Part shown: one piece after another, positions 16,092 to 24,296 of the stretch
Layout: every line of letters starts with the position of its first letter
Position numbering within the stretch: the first letter of the stretch is position 1
Origin: Gemmatimonadota bacterium
GTDB taxonomy: Bacteria; Gemmatimonadota; Gemmatimonadetes; Gemmatimonadales; GWC2-71-9
Assembly (NCBI GenBank): GCA_003221005.1
Contig: QHTZ01000054.1
Coordinates: forward strand, 1 to 24,296
Length of the DNA stretch: 24,296 nucleotides
Direction of reading: 5' to 3'
Position numbers and translations under genes: made by a program
The notes under the pieces: model-generated
Told to the model about the DNA's origin: nothing
Databases searched by the model: none
Seen by the model: the letters and a program-made list of their open reading frames with translations, nothing else

Positions 16092-18611
16092 GTGACACGC
16101 CCCAACGGTCTCACTCGCGTCCTCGCGGGCGTTGGCGCCGCGTCGCTCGTGCTCACCGCGCTGGCTTACGCCCTAGGCCCGCCCGATCGGTGGCACCGCG
16201 CGGTGATCGCCGACGTCTCCTGGACGTGGTCGGCCCTCTACGCCCTGCTCTGCTGCGGGCTCGCGCTCCGCCGGTCGCGTGCGGAGGAGCGGCGCGCCTG
16301 GACCTGGATCAGCGCCGGGTGCGCCGCCTACCTCTTCGGCCAGCTGGCCTGGAACTGGGACGAGCTGTGGCGGCGTGTGCAACCGCCGTACCCCTCGCTC
16401 GCGGACGTCGGCTACCTCGCGATGTACCCGTGCCTCGGCATGGCCGTGCGCGATCTCGTCCAGCTGCAGCCGCAACGACGGCTCGAGCCCCAAGTGGCCC
16501 TCGACGCGGGGCTGGTCACGTTCACCGCCGTGGCCCTCACCTACGTCTTTCTCGTCTCTCCTATTCTGCAGACCGGCGGCGCCCCGCTCGCCGTGGCCAC
16601 GACCGTGGGGTGGGCGATCGCGAGCGTCGCGGTGCCGTGGGCGATCTTGCGACAGATGGTGCGGCGCCAGGGCTTCCCGTTGGCCCCGGCAGGGGTCGTG
16701 ACCCTCGGCCTTGTCGTCCTGTCGGTCACCAACATCGTGTACGCACCGCGCGCCTTGAGCGGCGCGTACGCGTCGGGGGGGCTGCTCGACCTTGGCTGGG
16801 ACGCCGGGCTCTTGCTGATCGGCGGCGCCGCAGCATTCGCGCCGCAGTACGGCACCACCGCCCCCGATGGCACCACGCGCGGCCTTTCGAGCGAGCGGGC
16901 GCGGACCATCGCTCTCCTGATCGCGGTGGCAGGGATCGCGGCCCTTGCCGTGGCCGGCGCGCTGCGCCCGGGAGCGAGCGCGACCACGGCTCCGTGGGTA
17001 GTCGCAGGAATCGCCATCATTGGCGTGCGCTTCGTATACGCGCTGCGCGCCGACCGCCGCTACGCCACGCTGCTCGAAGGCGAGGTCGCCGCCCAGACCC
17101 GCTCACTCATGGACTCCCTCGCCGCGACCGCGGGCGCGGAGCGGAACCTCCGCCTGGTGATGGAAGCGGTTCCCGACGCGATCGTCGTGCTGGACCGGGA
17201 CGGGCGCGCCGTGGACATGAACGCGAACGCGCGCGCCATGCTCGCGCTCCCCTCGAACGCCGCGCCCGACCGCTCGATTTTCGAGTTCCTCGATGCCGAC
17301 GCCGGCCCCACGGCGCGGCAACACCTGGACGCCGCGTTTCAGGGGGAAGTGCGCCGCTTCGAAGTGTCGTTCCGCCGGCCTGACGGCGGTCGCGGCATGA
17401 GCGCGGTTCTGTACGCCCCCGTGCGCGAGGGCTGGCGCGTGTCCAAGGTCCTGGCGCTGGTGCGGGACGTCACAGACCAGCGGCGCACGGAGTCGCAGCT
17501 GCAGCAAGCCGAAAAACTCGCCGCGATGGGTCAGCTAGTGAGCGGCGTGGCTCACGAGATCAACAACCCGGCGGCCATCATCTCCGGCTTTGCCCAGACC
17601 CTCCTGCTGGACGAGCTCAAGGCCGAGCACCGCGAGATGGCGCAAATGATCTATGATGAGGCGACCCGCATCGGCCGCATCACCCAGAACCTGCTGGCGT
17701 TCGCCCGGGCGGGCGGCCGCGAGCGAACGCTAGTCGACCTGAACGACATCCTGCGCCGCACCTTCGCCCTGCGCTCGTATCACCTGTCCACGCTGAATAT
17801 CGCGGTCGCCCTCGAGCTCGACCCGAGCGACCCCAAGATCTGGGCGAACGCCTCCGAGGTGCAGCAGATGCTGCTGAATCTCGTGATCAACGCGGAGCAG
17901 GCGCTGATGACCGTCGAGACGTCGCGCACGATCACGATCCGTTCGACCTCCACGGAGGCCGAGGTCTGCTTCGAGGTCGCGGACAACGGCCCAGGGATCG
18001 CTCCCAAGATCCGCGGACGCGTGTTCGACCCATTCTTCACGACCAAACCGGAAGGCGTAGGCACCGGCCTCGGCCTATCGATTTGTTATGGCATCGTGCG
18101 GGAGCACGGCGGCCGCATCACCGTTGAATCCGAGCTGGGCCACGGCGCGACGTTTCTGGTGGCGCTGCCCCGTGATCCTCGTGCCGAGGTCCGCGCCGCC
18201 GAGCCGAAGGCCGCGGCCGCCGACCCGAGCGGCCACCTCAGCGTCCTCGTGCTCGACGACGAAGTGGGATTGCGCAACGCGCTGCTGCGCTTCCTGACGC
18301 GACGCGGGATCGACGCGGTGGGCGTCGGCGACGGCGCCGAAGCGCTGAGCCAGCTGCAGCAGCGCGACTTCGACGTCATCGTTTCGGACGTTCGCATGCC
18401 GGGAATGAGCGGGCGCGACTTCATCGCCCATCTGCGCCGCGAGCGCCCGCAGCTGGTGGCGCGACTGATCTTCAGCACAGGCGATTCCTTCGCAGCCGAC
18501 ACCGCGGCGCTGCTTCAGGACGCCGGGGTCCCTACCGTCGCCAAGCCCTTTGACTTCGCCTCGTTGGAGCAGCTGATCCGCGATGTAGCGGCGCGCACTC
18601 GAGCCGCGTAG
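16092..18611 (+). CDS. Membrane-bound hybrid sensor histidine kinase (multi-TM, PAS, HisKA, HATPase, receiver), ~839 aa
   Basis: GTG 16092 with GAGG upstream; many hydrophobic helices; PAS ([12 protein letters not shown]); H-box GVAHEINNP; N-box NLVINA; G boxes DNGPGI, PFFTTK, GTGLGL; receiver LDDE, SDVRMPG, KPF. Confidence 0.93.
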   Translation: MTRPNGLTRVLAGVGAASLVLTALAYALGPPDRWHRAVIADVSWTWSALYALLCCGLALRRSRAEERRAWTWISAGCAAYLFGQLAWNWDELWRRVQPPYPSLADVGYLAMYPCLGMAVRDLVQLQPQRRLEPQVALDAGLVTFTAVALTYVFLVSPILQTGGAPLAVATTVGWAIASVAVPWAILRQMVRRQGFPLAPAGVVTLGLVVLSVTNIVYAPRALSGAYASGGLLDLGWDAGLLLIGGAAAFAPQYGTTAPDGTTRGLSSERARTIALLIAVAGIAALAVAGALRPGASATTAPWVVAGIAIIGVRFVYALRADRRYATLLEGEVAAQTRSLMDSLAATAGAERNLRLVMEAVPDAIVVLDRDGRAVDMNANARAMLALPSNAAPDRSIFEFLDADAGPTARQHLDAAFQGEVRRFEVSFRRPDGGRGMSAVLYAPVREGWRVSKVLALVRDVTDQRRTESQLQQAEKLAAMGQLVSGVAHEINNPAAIISGFAQTLLLDELKAEHREMAQMIYDEATRIGRITQNLLAFARAGGRERTLVDLNDILRRTFALRSYHLSTLNIAVALELDPSDPKIWANASEVQQMLLNLVINAEQALMTVETSRTITIRSTSTEAEVCFEVADNGPGIAPKIRGRVFDPFFTTKPEGVGTGLGLSICYGIVREHGGRITVESELGHGATFLVALPRDPRAEVRAAEPKAAAADPSGHLSVLVLDDEVGLRNALLRFLTRRGIDAVGVGDGAEALSQLQQRDFDVIVSDVRMPGMSGRDFIAHLRRERPQLVARLIFSTGDSFAADTAALLQDAGVPTVAKPFDFASLEQLIRDVAARTRAA

Positions 18612-18617
18612 GCTGCC

Positions 18618-20585
18618 CTAGAACCTTGACCGCCAGAACTCGGCCGCCGTGGGGAAGAGCTTCTCGGTCAGCGTCGCCGACAGCGTGACGAACAGCCCGT
18701 GTCCACCCCGCACTGAGAAGTCGGGATCGGTCAGGTCGCCGAAGCGGTAGCCGGTCGCGATTTCGAGGCCGTTCACGGGGCGCACGGCCAGGCTGGGTGA
18801 GCCGTCCCATGTCGTGGCACCGCTGGCGCGCTCGATCAACAGGCGGCCGTCGCCGCGCAGGCTCAACCACGGGCTCAGCGCGATGCGCATCCGGCCGCCC
18901 ACGTAGTCCGCCCACGCCACCAGCGCCTGTGGTGTGCTGTCGGGGTAGAGACCCTCGGCCCGCGTGCGGCGCATCGCGTACCGCGCGCCCAGCTCGAGCG
19001 CCGGGGCCGGCGTCCAGATCATCTCCGCCGCGCCGATCATCCGCTGCTCCGCCCCCTGGCTCACCAGGACACCGCCCCCGATCGGGTTGCGCTGGTCGGT
19101 CCACTGGAACTTCGCCAGCATGTTCAGCCGATCGCTGTGCGCCGGGCGGAACGCGAGCCCCCACACGCTCGACAGTTGGCGCGACAGCGGAGCACCCAGC
19201 AGGGCGTTCTGGGTGAACTGTTGCCGGGACAGCAGGGCGAGCGACGCGTCGAAGGCGACGTCTCCCGCCACCGTGACGAGACGGCTCGACTGGAGCGCGC
19301 CGTCCTTGTACTCGCCACGCGCGCTGAGCCGGTACGGCCCGTGCTTCGGCAAGAGCTCCAGGCCGGCGCCGGCGGACCAGTAGTTGTCCTCCGTCTGGAG
19401 GAACGGGAGCGCCCGGACGGGATCCGTGACGGCGGCGCTGCCCACTCCCGCCCGCCGCTCGAACATCACGTTGACCGACAAGTCCGACGTGAGCTGGAGC
19501 CGGTTGCGGAGCCCGACCACTGCGGCGTTGCCCGCTCCGTTGATGCCGCCGCTCAGCTGGTAGCCGCCCCATGCCTGGGTCCCGCGCCCCACGTCGGCGC
19601 GCACGCCGACATTCGACACCGAGTAGTGCCCGAGGCTGTCCGTCCGCGACACGAAGCGCTGGCCGGCCTCGAGCGCCACGGCCGGCGTGAGGCGGTAGCT
19701 GCCGCCGAAGCCCCAGAAGTCGGGAGCCAGCTCTTGGCCGTCGAGGCTCAAGTGGCGTTGGACCTCGGTCCAGAGCTGCACGTCGCGGGACGGCCCCCAC
19801 TTGGTCTTGAGGTTGGCCACGGTCGCGTCGCTCGACCCGAGACCGCCACCCAGCCCACCCGTCACCAAGTCGCTCGCGACGCCGGCGTCGAGCTGCAGGT
19901 TGGGCAGGACGGACTGCACGATCCCGACGCGGCTGTGCTCGCGGCCGAGGCCTTGCAGCTCGAACTGCTGGCTCGAGTGCTCGGCCAGCAACGCCGTGGG
20001 CCCGAGCTTGAGGGCGCTCTTCACGTTCACCTCGGTCAATCCGGGCTGGAGCGCCACGTTGGCCGGGTTCGTGAATTCGCGGTCAATCCGCATGTAGCCC
20101 GCGCCGAGCGTGAACGCGCCTTTGAACAGGCTGTAGCTCGCCTTGGCCAGCGCCCCGAAGCCCGCGGAGTCACCCCGCTCAGCGTAGGCGACCTCAGCGG
20201 ACACGTCGAGCGCGCCGAACCGCAGCACCCGCAGGTCGCCGCCCAGCAGCCGGTAGGGGTCGCCGACTTGGTCGGCGTTCACGGCGGTGAGCCCGAGGCG
20301 GAGCGAATCCAGCCGCACCATGCCCGCGAGCTGGCGCACGTCCAGCGCTGCCCGCCCCGCCGCCACGAGCCGCTGCTCCCCGCCCGAGGCCGCTTCGAAC
20401 GTGGCGACGATGAAGAGCGGATTCCCGCTCGCGTCGGCGGCGGGAATCGGCTGCTTGAACAGCACGATCCCGCTGGCGTAGTCGATCTCGTAATCCACGA
20501 AGCGGATCAGGGCCTGCGTGGCGACGGCGCGCTCGGGGTTCTCGACGTCCCGCGTCTCGATGCGGAGGACGTCGGTGCCCGGGAG
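18618..20585 (-). CDS. Segment 3 of the surface protein: C-terminal beta-barrel region
   Basis: LIRFVDYEIDYASGIVLFKQPIP, then many amphipathic beta strands, ending GLFVTLSATL...FWRSRF. The frame is open upstream of the track start (20498) to the junction. Confidence 0.8.
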   Translation of the reverse strand, partial: LPGTDVLRIETRDVENPERAVATQALIRFVDYEIDYASGIVLFKQPIPAADASGNPLFIVATFEAASGGEQRLVAAGRAALDVRQLAGMVRLDSLRLGLTAVNADQVGDPYRLLGGDLRVLRFGALDVSAEVAYAERGDSAGFGALAKASYSLFKGAFTLGAGYMRIDREFTNPANVALQPGLTEVNVKSALKLGPTALLAEHSSQQFELQGLGREHSRVGIVQSVLPNLQLDAGVASDLVTGGLGGGLGSSDATVANLKTKWGPSRDVQLWTEVQRHLSLDGQELAPDFWGFGGSYRLTPAVALEAGQRFVSRTDSLGHYSVSNVGVRADVGRGTQAWGGYQLSGGINGAGNAAVVGLRNRLQLTSDLSVNVMFERRAGVGSAAVTDPVRALPFLQTEDNYWSAGAGLELLPKHGPYRLSARGEYKDGALQSSRLVTVAGDVAFDASLALLSRQQFTQNALLGAPLSRQLSSVWGLAFRPAHSDRLNMLAKFQWTDQRNPIGGGVLVSQGAEQRMIGAAEMIWTPAPALELGARYAMRRTRAEGLYPDSTPQALVAWADYVGGRMRIALSPWLSLRGDGRLLIERASGATTWDGSPSLAVRPVNGLEIATGYRFGDLTDPDFSVRGGHGLFVTLSATLTEKLFPTAAEFWRSRF

Positions 20586-20586
20586 G

Positions 20587-22470
20587 AAAGCCGCTCCACG
20601 TGACCGCGCCGGTCGTGACGCGCGCGGCGAGCCCCGTCACCGATCGCCGATACTGCGCGAGGCTCAAGCCGCCCGCGAAGCCCGTCGTGGACAGGTCGCC
20701 GAACGCGGCCCAATCGAAGCCGTGCTCCAGCCGGGCCGAAAACCAGCTCTGCGAGGCGGTGCGCGTCTCAAGCTGGCTCGCGTCCCCGAGGAGGGGGTAC
20801 TGCGACTCCTTCAACGGATCCGCGCTGCGGCCGAACACATCCTGCCCGTCGTTCAGGCGGCGCGAGTCCACACCGAGCGTCAGCGACGTCCGTGAGTCGA
20901 GGCGGCCGCGCGCCGTGATGGCGCCGTAGGCGTCCGGGCTCGCGCCGACGCCCACCATGCCCGATCCGGTGACCGTCAACGGCCGCACCTCGGGGAGGAT
21001 CTCGAGCGGGAGCGTGACCGTCGCGTCCCCCGACTTGAGCTCGAGCACGCCGCGCCTCACCTCGCGACCCGGACGCAGGCTCACCGTCAGCCACCCGGTC
21101 GAATCCGAGAGCTGCTGCACCCCGACCGACGACGCGTCTGCGTCCGGTCCCACGGGCTCCGCGCCTTTGGCGCTCACGGTGACGTACGCCGGCTGCACGA
21201 CGGGCACGTCCCACGCATCGAGCACGCGCACCTTCGCGGCGGCGACCGTGTGTCCGTCCGCCACCAGGGTGAGCCGGCTCGCGTTCACCGCGAAGCGGGC
21301 CGGGAGCCCGGTCACATGGACCGCGATCGAGTCCCGGCGCTCGGCGCCCCAGGAATTCTTCATGCGCACGCGCAGCAGATGCGGCCCCGGCGTGAGGGGG
21401 ACCGCGATGAAGTCGTACACGCCGTCGATCCGCGTCCGCCCCGAGTCGATCGCGGTCGCGCCGTCGTAGAGCACGACCGGTGCGTTGGGCTCGCCCTTCA
21501 CGCCGACGTACACCCGGTTGGCCGCGAGCACCGACCCGTCGAGCGGGGCGAAGATGTCGATGCCCGGACCCACGGCGAACGGGGCCGCATACCCCCCCGA
21601 CTTCGCAGCCCGGGCGCGCGCCGGCGGCACGGTCACCGGATCCGGCAGCGGGGATTCGCCCGGCCGCACCGCTCCGGCGACGGGCCACGAGCTGTCCTGG
21701 ACCGGGACGGTGGCCATGGGCCACCCGGGCGGGAGCGGCGCGCGCGCGGCTTGCAGCACCTGGCCGCTGAACGCGCTGTAATCCGGCCGTGTCTGGCGGA
21801 CCACCAAGCCCGTCCAAGACGAGGCAGCATCCGGTTGCGGCGCCTCGGTGACCTGGACCCGCACCGGCCAGCGACTCTTGCCGACGCGCAGCGTCGCCGT
21901 GGCGGAATCGACGCGCACCGACGACCACGCCACAATGCGGAAGTCACTCCGCGGCTCGCCCACCGGAAGCGGAATTGCCGTGCGGCCGAGCCAGGTATAG
22001 CGGGTGAACTGGGTGGCGCCGACGAACACCAGCGCTGAATCCGCGACGGGAGAGAACTCCACCATCGCGTCGAGCGGCAGGCGGGCGTCCTTCCTCACGC
22101 TCACCTCGTAGCGCGCCTGCGGCTGGACCACTCCGCTGAGGGCCACGCGCGGTCCGCCCACCCGGACGGCCGTGAACTTAAAGGCCACCATCGTCGAGAT
22201 CTCCGCCGCGCTCCCCGCCTCCGTCCGTTCCTTCCCCTCCTTGCCCTCCGCCCGCTGCGCATCGGTCAGCCCGTCCGCCCCCTGCGTCCCGCTCGGGACG
22301 ACGCGGAAATCCACCTGCGGGGTCGTCCACCCGCTGGCCTCGACCGCCTGGATCTCGTCGCCCGCCACGCGATAGCCGGCTGGCAGCGTGCGCGGGTCAA
22401 CGCGGAACGCATGGCCTCCCGGACGCAGGTTGGCGAACGAGAACTTGCCGGTGGAATCGGTGGTCGCTCC
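20587..22470 (-). CDS. Segment 2 of the surface protein: end of SdrD-B-like domain, linker, Ig-like domains, start of barrel
   Basis: TTDSTGKFSFANLRPGGHAFRVDPRTLP; IFAPLDG; LTPGPHLLRV; ADGHT...VRVLDAWDVPV; QYPLLGDAS; AAFGDL. This is the coherent core of track ORF 20194..23070. Confidence 0.75.
22216..22287 (-). repeat. Degenerate 9-bp purine-rich tandem repeat encoding a charged linker
   Basis: ACGCAGGGG GCGGACGGG CTGACCGAT GCGCAGCGG GCGGAGGGC AAGGAGGGG AAGGAACGG ACGGAGGCG = TQG ADG LTD AQR AEG KEG KER TEA. Confidence 0.4.
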
Positions 22471-24290
22471 CGGTCGATCCACACCTTCCCGATCGCGGCC
22501 CGCGTCTCCATCGGCCAGGCGCGCCGCACCTGCACCCACGCCACGGCCGGCGGCGAGACGGGCTGAAGCGCTCCGGCGGTCGCCCGTGCGATCGCCTGGA
22601 CCGAGGCGACGGTCCCCGGCGCCGCGGCGAGCGCTACCGCGTAGTGCAGCGTCCGCGTCGCGCCGGGCGCCAGCGGCGCCGTAGTCACGAGAATCAGGTG
22701 GCCCGCCGAGACCAGCACGGAATCCGCGCCGATCGCGGTCCCGGTCGCATAGCGGCCGCCTGTGAACAGGGTGTTGTCGATCCGAATGTCGGAGATCGGC
22801 ACGATGCCGGGGTTCCGCACTACGATCGTGTACGGAATCACCTCGCCGACCGCTACATCGAGCGCGTTGGCAGTCAGGTCGAGCCCGATCACGGCGGTGG
22901 GCGGGCCGATGAGGGCCACCTGCGCAGCGCTCGAGCTCAGCGCCGTCGCGTTGGTCCCGGTCAGCGCGGCTACGTTGCGCGACCATACGGTATCCCGCAC
23001 CGTGCCGCTCACCTGCAACACGAGATTGACGACGCCCGAGTCCCCCGCGGCCAGGGCGCCGATCGCCCAACTCAACACCGGTCCCACTGTGGACGGCGCT
23101 GGCACTGCGCTCACGTAGTTAAGGCCCACCGGGAGGGTGTCGGTCAGGACGACGTTGGACACCGCCGCAGCGCCGGCGGCGTCCCCGTAGCGCAACGTGT
23201 ATTGAACCTGCTGTCCGATGAGCGCTTGGGCCGGACTCACGAGCGCCTTGGTCAGCGTGAGCGCCGGAACGAGCACGCTTGTCTGCACGGCGTTGGAAGC
23301 CGCCGTATCGGACGTTCCGGACCACACGTACGTGGCGGCGCTACGGTTGGTCACGGTGCGCGCCGGACCAGAATCCACCTTGGCCTGGAACGTCACCGTG
23401 CCCGCCGTGCCGCCCGTGACTGACCCCGCGCTCACGACCACCACGCCGTTCCCGGCCACGATCAAGGAGCCCGCGTCGTCACCCGAGGCGTCCGTCAGGG
23501 GCACGCCGTTCCAGCGCATCGAGCCCGCGACATAGGACACGCCGGCTGGGATCGTGTCCGCGAGCGTGACGTTGGAGTCTGCCCCACTCCCGGACGCGGC
23601 GTAGTCGAGGGTGTAGGTGAGCACGTCCCCCGCGACCGCCGTCGGGCGATCCACCAGCTTGGTGAGAGCCAACGTCACCGCGCCCGACGCCGTGACGTCG
23701 AGCCGGTCCTGCACGGCGCTGCTCACGGCGGCGTTGAACCGGCTGCGCGCGGTCAGCGTGATGGTGTCGCTCACGCCGACGCTGGCACCGCCCGGAATCG
23801 CGACCTGCGCGACCAGCGACGCCGTAGCGCCGTAGACGAGCGGAACAGGTCCCGTGAGCACGGAGTCGCCCGCGTCCAGGAAGCCGTTCCCGTTCCAATC
23901 GCGATACAGCGTCACCGGCCATCCCCGAGCCGAGACGGCGGCGACGGTGAAGGAATCGGCAGCGTTGCCGCCGTTCGTGAGGGTGTGGGAGAACACGACG
24001 GCGGTGCCCGGCGCGCCGCTCGAAACGCGCGGCGGCTGCAGGGTCACCCCGGCCACCTGGCCGACCAGGACGGTTGCGGTGTCGGAGGGAAGGGTGTAGC
24101 CGCTCCCTGCGAAGATGAAGCTGAAGCTCGCCCAGTTGGAGACCTGGGTTCCCGCAGGCGTTCCCTGGGCTTCGAGCGACGGTGCGGCGAGCAACCCGAC
24201 AGCAAAGAGGAAGGCGGCCGCCCAGGCCGCAGCCGTGTGGCTGCGGTGGGCGTACCGCCCTCTCTCTACTGCGCGGGAATCGAGCCGCAT
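22471..24290 (-). CDS. Segment 1 of the surface protein: signal peptide, Ig-like domain, three DUF11/OmcB-type repeats, start of an SdrD-B-like domain
   Basis: Signal ...GLLAAPSLEA|QGTPAGT; DWNGNGFLD calcium-type loop; LTKLVD...GDVLTYTL...LADTIPAGVSYV; LTKA...GQQVQYTL...LTDTLPVGLNYV. Track ORF 22266..24290 reads as nonsense after KVWIDR. Confidence 0.85.
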
Positions 24291-24296
24291 GGCGCC

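Larger units (their letters stand above)
18618..24290 (-). pseudogene. Single ~1,900-aa DUF11-repeat surface protein with C-terminal outer-membrane beta-barrel, interrupted by two frameshifts (real or assembly-derived)
   Basis: Three consecutive minus-strand frames carry coherent protein and switch near 22470 (IGKVWIDR | ATTDSTGKFSF) and near 20586 (AVTWSGF | LPGTDVLRIETR). The only signal peptide is at 24290. Confidence 0.75.

Noticed and set aside
18609-18620. TAGG-CTGC-CCTA mini-palindrome between the convergent stops as a terminator
   Set aside because: The 4-bp stem is formed largely by the two TAG codons; it is too weak and has no U-tract.
1-24296. CRISPR arrays, tRNA/rRNA genes, IS elements or prophage genes
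   Set aside because: I saw no spaced repeats, RNA-gene signatures, transposase or integrase motifs. The window is almost fully protein-coding.

Overview
GC-rich bacterial DNA. The gene style suggests a Gram-negative soil organism such as Gemmatimonadota; this is an inference. From left to right: (1) a GH38 alpha-mannosidase-family gene on the minus strand, cut off by the window edge and absent from the ORF track; (2) a divergent YVTN beta-propeller/phosphoesterase gene interrupted near its C-terminus; (3) a ~340-bp intergenic region with a good sigma54 (-24/-12) promoter and an upstream palindrome; (4) a tightly coupled 7-gene, 12-kb operon encoding a clan GH-A TIM-barrel/GT2 fusion, an ABC exporter, two APH/choline-kinase-like proteins, a GT-B glycosyltransferase-like protein, an ATP-grasp enzyme with ITPK1-like motifs, and a TonB-receptor-like outer-membrane barrel with a C-terminal LTxxQ helical domain; (5) a membrane PAS hybrid histidine kinase; (6) a convergent ~1,900-aa DUF11-repeat/beta-barrel surface protein split by two frameshifting junctions. 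The operon is the best candidate for an undescribed system: synthesis, phosphorylation and export of a modified glycan or glycoconjugate. Three deletion-like lesions (near 3581, 20586 and 22470) may be assembly artefacts. I saw no RNA genes, CRISPR arrays or mobile elements. All family assignments come from motif recognition, not database searches.
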